DNA of 64,000 nt from the NCBI GenBank assembly GCA_050298595.1, contig JBNKUM010000085.1, forward strand, positions 128,001-192,000. The letters are read 5' to 3'. The stretch comes from Gammaproteobacteria bacterium (GTDB lineage: Bacteria; Pseudomonadota; Gammaproteobacteria; GCA-001735895). The notes under the pieces are model-generated. The model was not told the DNA's origin and searched no databases. It saw only the letters and a program-made list of their open reading frames with translations. Positions 33,161 through 40,659 of this stretch are shown here, in pieces (the stretch's first letter is position 1; every line of letters begins with the position of its first letter). A program made the translations under genes and the position numbers.

Positions 33161-33594
33161 TGATTGCAAATTGTGTATTAGTCAAGCTACCACCTGATTC
33201 CCTTCCAGAAGCCAGGACCGTACTCATCTGATAACTGGACGCGTAGCGGGCACCGCGTCCGACCGCAATATATCTATTAAGCCTTCTTTATTGTCGCAGA
33301 AAACCTGTAGGGCAGGTCAAATATTTAGCCCTCATACAGAGAGACACTCAGGAAAATCATTAATTTAGATTCTACGAAATCCACTTATACTCATTCATAG
33401 TTTTTGTCATTTGAGCTCAGAAAAACGAGTCATTTTGCAGGATCTGAGCAAACTACAGCAGAGATATGGGCGAAGCTATATCAATCAATTCTGCTCTTAT
33501 TGATTGAGACTTATTGTTATATCTGGCCACCAACCTCGATATTAATTTATCAATGTGAGATGATAAATTCTAGAAATCACTAAAAGAGGAAATC

Positions 33595-33963
33595 ATGCAA
33601 ACCAATGTCTTCTTAGGAGAAAGAATCACAAATGCTCGTTTGGCGAAAGGCATCAGTCAGGAAAAGCTGGCCGAACTGACCGGAGTTAAGAAATCTACTC
33701 TCATCAAATGGGAAACAGATCGGAGTTCTCCTCGTATAAACCGATTAAACCAATTGGCAGGAATCCTGGGTGTATCTATAGTTTGGTTACTTGCCGGTGA
33801 TAAATCGCCGCTGGACGTTGACCCTCCCTCATTAAACGAAACCATGATGCTAGAAAACAAACTGGATGCTGCAGAAGCGACGATAGACCAGCTAAAGGAC
33901 ATCATCAGGGATATTCGTCATCAGTCAAAAAGAATCCAGAATGAATTTGATCAGGAAGACTAA
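33595..33963 (+). CDS. XRE-family HTH regulator with coiled-coil tail
   Basis: LGERITNAR...SQEKLAELTGV...KWETDRSSP...VSIVWLL. Confidence 0.88.
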   Translation: MQTNVFLGERITNARLAKGISQEKLAELTGVKKSTLIKWETDRSSPRINRLNQLAGILGVSIVWLLAGDKSPLDVDPPSLNETMMLENKLDAAEATIDQLKDIIRDIRHQSKRIQNEFDQED

Positions 33964-33995
33964 TAAGCCTGTATAGGCTATTTAATAAGTACGGA

Positions 33996-34421
33996 CCGGA
34001 TTATGGTTTCACACCCCTTAGCTTTCCTGGCGCCGTAGTATCTGACGAGTACGTGTGCGAGTGGCTTTCTTTTTTCGCGAAAAGAAAGCTACCAAAAAAT
34101 TTACAGGATTAATTTTGAACAGCTCTGCTGGCCCGAAGGGTAGTGGGCAGGACACCCGGAATAACGACGTTCCACAGAAGTGGCCTGCGGCTTCTCGAAA
34201 CACAGCCATTTTCACAGAAAATTGCTCGGCTCTGGCACCCTAGGCTCAGGCATCCTGCTTCGCTCTATCTCCTCCCTCCCTGGAGTCGTGCTTCGCCCTA
34301 CCATCTAAGTCCCTTTAGGCGTCCTGCATTTTCTGCATACATGCCATCCCTGGCAATAAGGGCGATATAAAACCTCACCCTTCGATTCTGATTTTTGATT
34401 AAAGTTTTGAAGCCCGAACTT
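33996..34421 (+). repeat. Composite palindromic/MITE-like repeat at left island border
   Basis: Blocks CCGGATTATGGTTTCACAC, AGTGGCCTGCGGCTT, AGCCATTTT, CAATAAGGGCGAT shared in inverted orientation with 40321-40578. Confidence 0.8.
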
Positions 34422-34647
34422 GCACGATTCCTTCCTGAAAACAGTCGCTCCCGGTTAATGAGTGTACCAATATCAGTCATTCAATACTGCGGTAAATCTT
34501 ATGAAATACCATAGTAATCTCACCTGACTTCTTCCCAAAAGGCATATATCTCTAGTGTCACGAAATTCTCACCATGTATGACGAAACAGCAGTTTGCCAA
34601 CTCATTGATTTCAAAACGCTTACAGTGATATAAAGAGGTCTTACAAT

Positions 34648-34692
34648 AAATGTATAACGAGACAAGGGGTCTCGTTAAGATAACTGTTAAGT
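34648..34692 (+). other. Palindromic attI-like cassette entry site A
   Basis: TAACGAGAC-N5-GTCTCGTTA then GTTAAGT (34686), complementary to R'' ACTTAAC of first attC; near-identical inverted copy at 39590-39634. Confidence 0.7.
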
Positions 34693-34700
34693 GTAAAACA

Positions 34701-35060
34701 ATGGGTAAGTATCGAAACTCTAAACTCTTTCCAAACGAACGTCAGGAAAAGACATTCCTTTATCCTCATGTTTGCCTAAGCTGTAGAAAGAGTTTTAAAA
34801 AAAGTCATTCTGAACAGCCTAGGTTGTGCCCTGATTGTCAGCAGCCTTTAATTCTGTTGAGTCGAAATTTTTCTGCACCTAAAACTAATGACGAGAAACA
34901 GTGGAAGAAAGTTGCTTTTCTAATTGAACAAGGGTTCCTATTTCAGCACGTTTACCAGAATGAATGGGGTGGTCAGTATGCGGCTTACCCAAAAACTTTG
35001 GCAGAGGCCAGAGAATTTGTCGTTAAGTACAAGAAATGGGCAATACAAAATGACACTTAA
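34701..35060 (+). CDS. Cassette A1: zinc-ribbon hypothetical protein
   Basis: CLSC and CPDC pairs; ATG just after GTT core; stop overlaps attC R''. Confidence 0.8.
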   Translation: MGKYRNSKLFPNERQEKTFLYPHVCLSCRKSFKKSHSEQPRLCPDCQQPLILLSRNFSAPKTNDEKQWKKVAFLIEQGFLFQHVYQNEWGGQYAAYPKTLAEAREFVVKYKKWAIQNDT

Positions 35061-35113
35061 CAAAAACATCAACCCAGACCCAGTAAAGCGGTCCGGTTAT
35101 ATTGGCGTTATGC
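35055..35113 (+). mobile_element. Integron attC site (59 bp)
   Basis: ACTTAAC...CAACCCAGACC/GGTCCGGTT...GTTATGC imperfect palindrome. Confidence 0.85.
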
Positions 35114-35119
35114 ACTGAA

Positions 35120-35725
35120 ATGAGAAAACCAATAAGAAGAAGCAGGAATATCGGGAAAACCCAAGGTGGCAGGGTCAAGGATGGTCGTGCCGAAGAAAAG
35201 TGGAGCCGCCTTTTCCCTGAGAATAAATGGAGGCAAATATCCGAAGCAGAAATGTCTTGGCAGGCCTTCATTGAAAACCCGTCAAGAGATTTTTATCACC
35301 CCTGTAGTCCTGCTGACTACCTGGCCGTCCTAAGAAGGCTTCCTAATCATCAAACGGAAGATATTAAAGGAATTATTTTACGACGAACCCCCAAAAGAGA
35401 TTCACAGCTTGGAATTGATGCATGGCGAAGGTGGTCATGCATCATTATGAATGCGTTTCCATCAAACAACACATTTACTTACGAATACAAGCCAAAGCAA
35501 TCTCAGATCAGCTATTTCAAACCTTTCTGCAACAGGTGGAGAGAAGAAAATGGTGTTTGGTCATTAGAGTGGGAGGAAGAAGAAGTTCGTCGATACTATT
35601 TGTACCACGTATTTTTACACGAAATAGGTCACATCAACGATTTGTCAAAAACATCGCAAACGAAAAGGGAAAACTATGCTAATTCATTTGCAAGAGATAT
35701 GGCTGAATATCTTGGAGAGCGGTAA
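35120..35725 (+). CDS. Cassette A2: hypothetical protein with HExxH zinc-peptidase motif
   Basis: VFLHEIGH...ENYAN; bounded by GTTATGC and GCATAAC. Confidence 0.75.
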   Translation: MRKPIRRSRNIGKTQGGRVKDGRAEEKWSRLFPENKWRQISEAEMSWQAFIENPSRDFYHPCSPADYLAVLRRLPNHQTEDIKGIILRRTPKRDSQLGIDAWRRWSCIIMNAFPSNNTFTYEYKPKQSQISYFKPFCNRWREENGVWSLEWEEEEVRRYYLYHVFLHEIGHINDLSKTSQTKRENYANSFARDMAEYLGER

Positions 35726-35729
35726 TAAT

Positions 35730-35800
35730 GCATAACATAACAATCAGATACATAGTACTCGCTCGCTGCCCTCACACTCCTGTGAGCCTGGCCGTTATGT
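35730..35800 (+). mobile_element. Integron attC site (degenerate)
   Basis: GCATAAC (complement of the cassette's GTTATGC) ... GTTATGT. Confidence 0.65.
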
Positions 35801-35878
35801 TCTTTTTTAATACAGTGAAGAACTATGAAAGTAGTGATCAATAATTTTCACACATATAAACAACAGTATTAATAGCTT

Positions 35879-36592
35879 ATGGAATGGTATACTGAAATTG
35901 ATCTTTATTGTGAACGAATTGATCCAGGTTTTTGGGCAGAGCCTTTAAATGCTATTACAAATATTGCTTTCATAGTTGCATCTTTTTGGGCCTGGCATAC
36001 GGCATATAAGCTCGGAAAGTTAGATATCACAATAAAATTACTTTGTATTATGGCTGCAAGTATTGGCATTGGTTCGTTTCTATTTCATACCTATGCAAAC
36101 TTATGGTCTTATTTTGCTGATGTGATTCCTATTTGGAGTTTTGTCGCCTTATATGTGGTGGTCTTAATAATTAGAACATCCGCTAAATCACCATTACGAG
36201 TCGATGGAATTGCAGCTGGTATTATAGCTATTATTGGCGTTGTATGGATTATAGGATCAGGCAGTGCCACCCAAACTAAAGCATCCCCTGATGTGCTAAA
36301 TGGATCTGAACAGTATGCTCCAGCCTTAATTGCTTTATATTTCTTTGCATTCATGAGTGTTCGTAAGAAAAATCCAATTAGACTATGGATTGTAAGTGCA
36401 GCAATGATTTTTACATTATCGTTAATTGCGCGCACAGTAGATTTACATTTATGCGAAACATTTCCTCACGGCACACACTTTTATTGGCATCTATTAGATG
36501 GGTTAATGGTTGGGCTTTTATTACAGGGGCTTATTCGAATTGAAAGGAAAGAAACGAACCTCAAATATGATCGTGTAACAGGAGGGCTCTAA
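35879..36592 (+). CDS. Cassette A3: ceramidase-domain (CREST-like) membrane hydrolase
   Basis: YCER..FWAEPLNAITN, GSFLFH, HFYWH; multiple TM helices; AT-rich. Confidence 0.82.
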   Translation: MEWYTEIDLYCERIDPGFWAEPLNAITNIAFIVASFWAWHTAYKLGKLDITIKLLCIMAASIGIGSFLFHTYANLWSYFADVIPIWSFVALYVVVLIIRTSAKSPLRVDGIAAGIIAIIGVVWIIGSGSATQTKASPDVLNGSEQYAPALIALYFFAFMSVRKKNPIRLWIVSAAMIFTLSLIARTVDLHLCETFPHGTHFYWHLLDGLMVGLLLQGLIRIERKETNLKYDRVTGGL

Positions 36593-36634
36593 TGGTCTGT
36601 CCCCACAACACCCTGAATACGGGTCCACACACGA
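36570..36634 (-). mobile_element. Degenerate group IIC-attC intron 3' end (domains V-VI)
   Basis: Minus strand CGTGTGTGGACCCGTATTCAGGGTGTTGTGGGG...CCTCCTGTTACACGAT, similar to 38716-38783. Confidence 0.6.
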
Positions 36635-36639
36635 CTGAG

Positions 36640-36870
36640 GGGATTCAGGAAGTAGAGCGAAGCAAGATGCCTGAGCCGAGGAAGCCAGAACCGAGGGTGT
36701 TTCCCAAAGATGTTAAAGCAAGCTAAAGAAAATCAAACACAGAATATTCTAATATTAGAGTAATTTGTGACCCCGGATTGGCGCTTGCCATCCCTGACAA
36801 TAAGGGCGATAAAAAACCTCACTCTTCAGTGCTGATTTTTGATTAAACTTTTTTGATGCCCGAACTTGCC
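36640..36870. repeat. Two fragments of the composite repeat family
   Basis: ~36650-36697 is the reverse complement of ~34226-34272; ~36786-36869 matches ~34342-34423. Confidence 0.75.
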
Positions 36871-36970
36871 ATTCCTGACATCCTACGTATGTCTTTTTAA
36901 TGCACGTTAAGAGCTCTCAATATAATTCAGCTGATACCGCACACCTCCCATCAATGTGAAAACTTTTGTC

Positions 36971-37070
36971 GTAGGTCGGATAAGCAAAGCGCCATCCGAC
37001 ATAAACGATACAAGCACATTACCAAACTAAAAGTACGTCAATGTTGGAAGGCGTCGTTCCTCCTTTTCCA
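36971..37070 (+). repeat. GTAG-type REP doublet, second unit interrupted by IS
   Basis: GTAGGTCGGATAAGC...ATCCGAC; second unit TGTTGGAAGG...TTTTC continues as CAACCTAC at 38489-38496. Confidence 0.8.
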
Positions 37071-37147
37071 ATGACATGGACTCCTCCCCACTAAAGCGGT
37101 GATCCGTTAAAGTGAGAGGTCAACGAAACCAAAACAGGAGCCATGCC

Positions 37148-38177
37148 ATGAAAAATGATACAACAATTTGCATCGATTTATCGAAAGAGGTTTTTCAAGT
37201 AGCCGTATTCAACCGAGGAGGTAAAACCCTCATCAATAAAGCGATGTCATGCAAAAAAATGGTGAAAACCATCCACGAATACCCTGGCGCAAAAATCTAC
37301 ATGGAAGCATGCGGTTCAGCGCATTATTGGGGTCGATATTTTGTCGGGAAGGGATTTGAGGTAGGCCTGATCCCTCCTCATATTGCAGCCAGGTACCGTA
37401 CAGGAAATAAGAGTGACAAAAATGATGTGTTAGCGATCTTCGAAGCGAGTAAAAACCCAAAAATCCACTGTGTCCCCATCAGGACTGTGGAGCAGCAGGA
37501 TATTGCCTTGCTGCATAAACAGCGAGAAGGCTTCAAAAAGGAGCGTAATCAGGTGGTTAACCGGATCAGAAGTTTTTGCTCGGGAGTACGGTGTTCATTT
37601 CGCCATTGGAATCAAGCCTCTTTTAAGGCAGGTTCCTGAGGCTTTAGAGGATGCGGAAAACGAGCTCAGTGTGATGGCTCGGGAAATACTCTCAGAACTG
37701 CTCGTTCATCTCAGAGAGCTCATCTAACGGCTTGACAGTATGAGCCACACAATAGAGACCTATGCAAGAACGATAGAACCTTGCCGGCGATTGGTTATGC
37801 TGCCAGGTATATCCTGGCTGATCGCTAGTATGCTATATGCAAAATTTGGCGATTGTCATGCCTTTCAACGAGGGCGAGACACCAGCGCGAGTATAGGAAT
37901 CGTACACGCCCATTCAGAAAGCGGGGGGAAGATCAAGATCGGCAGCATCACAAAGCGAGGGGACATTTACCTTCGAAGTCTTGTGGTGAATGGCGCTCGA
38001 TCCGTGGTGAGTCATATCCAGGAGAAAGCCGATGGCTTAAGCTGCTGGATCAGGAAGTTGCTTGCGACAAAGAAATTTAACCAGGTCGTCATCGCGGTGG
38101 CCAACAAAGTGATCAGGATGGCTTGTGCCATGCTGAAAAGTGGCGATGAATACCGCCAGCCTGTCACCCAGGCATAA
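37148..38177 (+). pseudogene. IS110-family recombinase with frameshift (~37578) and internal stop (37725-27)
   Basis: IDLSKEVFQ, MEACGSAHYW, KSDKND (DEDD), SESGGK, ITKRGDIYLR, AVANK across split ORFs. Confidence 0.9.
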
Positions 38178-38219
38178 CGGTATTCTTTAGCCTGTGTTTA
38201 ACGATAACAGTACCTATCA

Positions 38220-38400
38220 TGTAGTTAGCTAATGAAGTAACGGATCATTATAGCTGGTAGCAGACCAGGCAAACCCTGAGTAGGTTGAAGGCCCTTTGAG
38301 GCCTCTTTTCCAATAAGGAGTTTGGTCTTCACGGCAAATAGCCGTACAGGTCTGGAGTAGCTCTCCATAACAAAGACCGAATATACGACAGCTAACACAG
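38220..38400 (+). ncRNA. Putative bridge/seek RNA of the IS1111 element; boundaries approximate
   Basis: GTAGGTTG (38280-87) and CTTTTCCAA (38305-13) match both halves of empty target CTTTTCCAACCTAC and flank an AGGCC/GGCCT hairpin. Confidence 0.75.
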
Positions 38401-38534
38401 CTTATAAGAGCGTTGCAACACAATGCCAACGAAGTGGAGTACTTGTAAGTTTTCTCAATAGTATTGCAAAACAGGAGGAGTCCATATACAACCTACGATT
38501 CCGGGTTACGGGTTTACAGGTTATAGAAGGCAGC

Positions 38535-38783
38535 TGACTGGTGGAAACAGAAGTCCTACCACCAACGCCGGTTTGAACAATGCACATTTCGAAAAGACAA
38601 GTCTCATATCCATGCGAAAGCTATGGTGCAAGATTCACCATCCGGCTACGGCCCGATAGACACTTGATATGAATTCGATTTACCCGATGAAGTATCTCAG
38701 TTAATAACTGGTCAGGCACCGTATACGGACCCGTATCTACGGTGTTGTGGCAAGGGGCTACTTGAGTAGCTCCCTATCCCGAT
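38535..38783 (+). mobile_element. 3' remnant of group IIC-attC intron (IEP C-terminus plus domains V-VI)
   Basis: NAGLNNAHFEKTSLISMRKLWCKIHHPATAR* (38564-38659); CCGTATACGGACCCGTATCTACGGTGTTGTGG...CTATCCCGAT|TAGC, antisense to cassette just after its stop. Confidence 0.8.
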
Positions 38784-38789
38784 TAGCTT

Positions 38790-39122
38790 TTATCCTTTTA
38801 CGCCAAGCTCAAGAATATGACAAAAGATTTTTCCATTTCCATAGAAATCCTTTGGCTCTACCTTAAGATATACATCTTTTCCAGCTGCGTAAGCGCTCAA
38901 TAGTGTTGATATTTTCCCCTTTTCTCCTGAATCTTTTTCATCAACATATGCCCATGCGGGACCATCAGGGCAGTAACTCATGGATGCCATACCATATACT
39001 CTAAAGTAAAGGTTGTTACCACTAGATACAAACACTTGATTGATCTTAAACCAGCCTGTTGACTCAGCTGCATATGAAATACTAGATAATAATATCATTA
39101 CCGTTACTAATAAAACTCTCAT
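38790..39122 (-). CDS. Cassette B2: small secreted two-Cys protein
   Basis: Signal peptide, RBS AGGAG, starts after attC GTTAGTT. Confidence 0.8.
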   Translation of the reverse strand: MRVLLVTVMILLSSISYAAESTGWFKINQVFVSSGNNLYFRVYGMASMSYCPDGPAWAYVDEKDSGEKGKISTLLSAYAAGKDVYLKVEPKDFYGNGKIFCHILELGVKG

Positions 39123-39144
39123 ACTTCCTACTCCTTTAAATTTA

Positions 39145-39228
39145 AACTAACGCTGCAAACACCGGAGGCAAAGCCATAGCGACGTAGGAGCGACAGCTTT
39201 TCCTTCCGTGTGATTTGCTTTGTTATAA
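39145..39228 (-). mobile_element. Integron attC site (84 bp)
   Basis: TTATAAC AAAGCAAATCACACGGAAGGAAAAGC...GCTTTGCCTCCGGTGTTTGCAGC GTTAGTT long imperfect hairpin. Confidence 0.88.
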
Positions 39229-39229
39229 A

Positions 39230-39571
39230 TTATCTGATTCCGGCTCCCTGACTTGCTGTTGATGAGGCAGAGCAGATATCTTCGGCCATGGGGAGGTCTA
39301 TAACAACACCCCAGTCTTTATTGGCTGCAAATGCGGTCATCACCATTGATAAAGCCGCTTTAGCTCTCTCGGCCCCCATATCTGATACTTTGAAATACAC
39401 TCTATCCCACTTACAGAAGCCTTTAATATCTTGATTATCCAAGTCGACTTCAAAGCTACCATCAGGTCCAATAGTTCGAACAGATGTTACTTTTCCCCAA
39501 TACCATGCATTAGAAGCATAGGAATTAGAGGCTGCAATTATCAATAATAAAGTGGTGATGATTTTCAACAT
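39230..39571 (-). CDS. Cassette B1: small secreted two-Cys protein
   Basis: Signal peptide, RBS GGAG, bounded by GTTATAA and TTATAAC. Confidence 0.8.
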   Translation of the reverse strand: MLKIITTLLLIIAASNSYASNAWYWGKVTSVRTIGPDGSFEVDLDNQDIKGFCKWDRVYFKVSDMGAERAKAALSMVMTAFAANKDWGVVIDLPMAEDICSASSTASQGAGIR

Positions 39572-39589
39572 AAACTATTTCTCCAAAAT

Positions 39590-39634
39590 TTATAACAGAT
39601 GTATTAACGAGACTTCATGTCTCGTTATACATTT
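39590..39634 (-). other. Palindromic attI-like cassette entry site B
   Basis: Reverse complement AAATGTATAACGAGACATGAAGTCTCGTTAATACATCTGTTATAA; 36/42 identical to site A. Confidence 0.7.
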
Positions 39635-39790
39635 TAAAAAAGCATTAGTAAAACAGAGTCGACAAGAAAAATATATAATCACTTTAGCGTACGACACTCA
39701 TAGTCATCTCTACCATATTCCAAAGGAAACCAGAGCTATTTTTTTTTAATATAAAGTAAAAATACGGCAATGTAGTAATGGCCTACAAAA

Positions 39791-39847
39791 ATGGACAATG
39801 CATTAAGGATACTTATTGTTGACGATCATAGTCTCGACAGAGTAGGG
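39791..39847 (+). pseudogene. N-terminal fragment of a response-regulator receiver domain
   Basis: MDNALRILIVDDHSL then runs into repeat sequence. Confidence 0.4.
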
Positions 39848-39885
39848 TCAGGCCTGAATGGTACTTACTTAAGGCTGTTATGCTG

Positions 39886-39976
39886 TTCATTGCGAGGAAC
39901 TAGCGACGTGGCAATCCCTTTGGGCAGATGGTTTCAGCACGGTTTAGAGATCGCCGCGCTGACGCTCGCAATGACA
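39886..39976. repeat. TCATTGCGAG...CTCGCAATGAC palindromic element; half copy near 40600-40628
   Basis: TCATTGCGAGGAACTAGCGACGTGGCAATC ... GAGATCGCCGCGCTGACGCTCGCAATGAC; flanked by GGGTCAGGCCT at 39845 and 40002. Confidence 0.75.
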
Positions 39977-40320
39977 TTTTTCTCTTAAGCAAGCTCCATT
40001 CGGGTCAGGCCTTAATGACACACATAAATATCCCAAATCAGTAACGACTGCTATTGGCACCAACTTGCCTTTTTGCACCGCACAACGCGAACGTCGGCTT
40101 TATCAACTAACTTTCCATTCCCTGCAAACTGTCAGGAAGGGTAGAAATGGGTCGACACTAGCCAAATAAGCTAAAACTACAAATATCGCCTATGAATTCG
40201 AGCGCAAGGTCTGGCCTTATATTTAGAGCCCAAGGATTAGTAGAATCAAAATCCACACATTTAAATTCAAATTTTTCCCTTATTAAGATTTCAAGCACTG
40301 CTTGAAATCTCTGTCTTTTA

Positions 40321-40578
40321 ATCGCCCTTATTGAGTGCCGAAAATCGAGCCATTTTGCAGGGTCAGAGCACATAGATGTGCGATGAGGACAGTCGAGCGG
40401 GGATGCGAGTCTGTCCGTGTCTTGCAAAATGGCTTGATTTTCGGGAAGCCGCAGGCCACTCAAATCGGGCTGGCCTTTTTTGCGCCTCTTTTTTGGCCAA
40501 ACAAAAAAGGGGCTCGCACGCCTACTAGAAAGACACTACGAAGCAAGGAAAGCCCGGGCGTGTGAAACCATAATCCGG
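40321..40578 (-). repeat. Composite palindromic/MITE-like repeat at right island border, inverted relative to 33996
   Basis: Reverse complement begins CCGGATTATGGTTTCACAC; contains AGTGGCCTGCGGCTT and CAATAAGGGCGAT. Confidence 0.8.
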
Positions 40579-40659
40579 GAAGTTGCTAATTTTTCAAGAG
40601 AGATTACTTCACTACGTTTGTAATGACATAGCCAAAGGTTATGAAGTGGGTGAAAGCCC

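Larger units (their letters stand above)
37069..38488 (+). mobile_element. IS110 family, IS1111-subgroup element inserted in a REP
   Basis: Sub-terminal 12-bp IRs ATGGACTCCTCC (37076-87) / GGAGGAGTCCAT (38474-85), 7 bp and 3 bp from ends; CA core at both junctions; long right non-coding end. Confidence 0.9.

Noticed and set aside
33234-33260. GGACGCG/CGCGTCC hairpin upstream of hemG as a riboswitch
   Set aside because: Isolated short stem with no recognisable aptamer consensus
34018-34480. Short ORFs here and at 40158-40760
   Set aside because: They lie inside non-coding composite repeats
34420-34650. Possible intI remnant upstream of entry site A (and 39635-39790 for site B)
   Set aside because: No integrase-like motifs recognisable by eye on the divergent strand; only short stop-rich frames
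37560-37640. Programmed frameshift in the IS110 recombinase
   Set aside because: A further in-frame stop at 37725 indicates decay, and this family is not known to need frameshifting
33996-40578. CRISPR array suggested by recurring repeats
   Set aside because: No regularly spaced identical repeats with unique spacers and no cas genes
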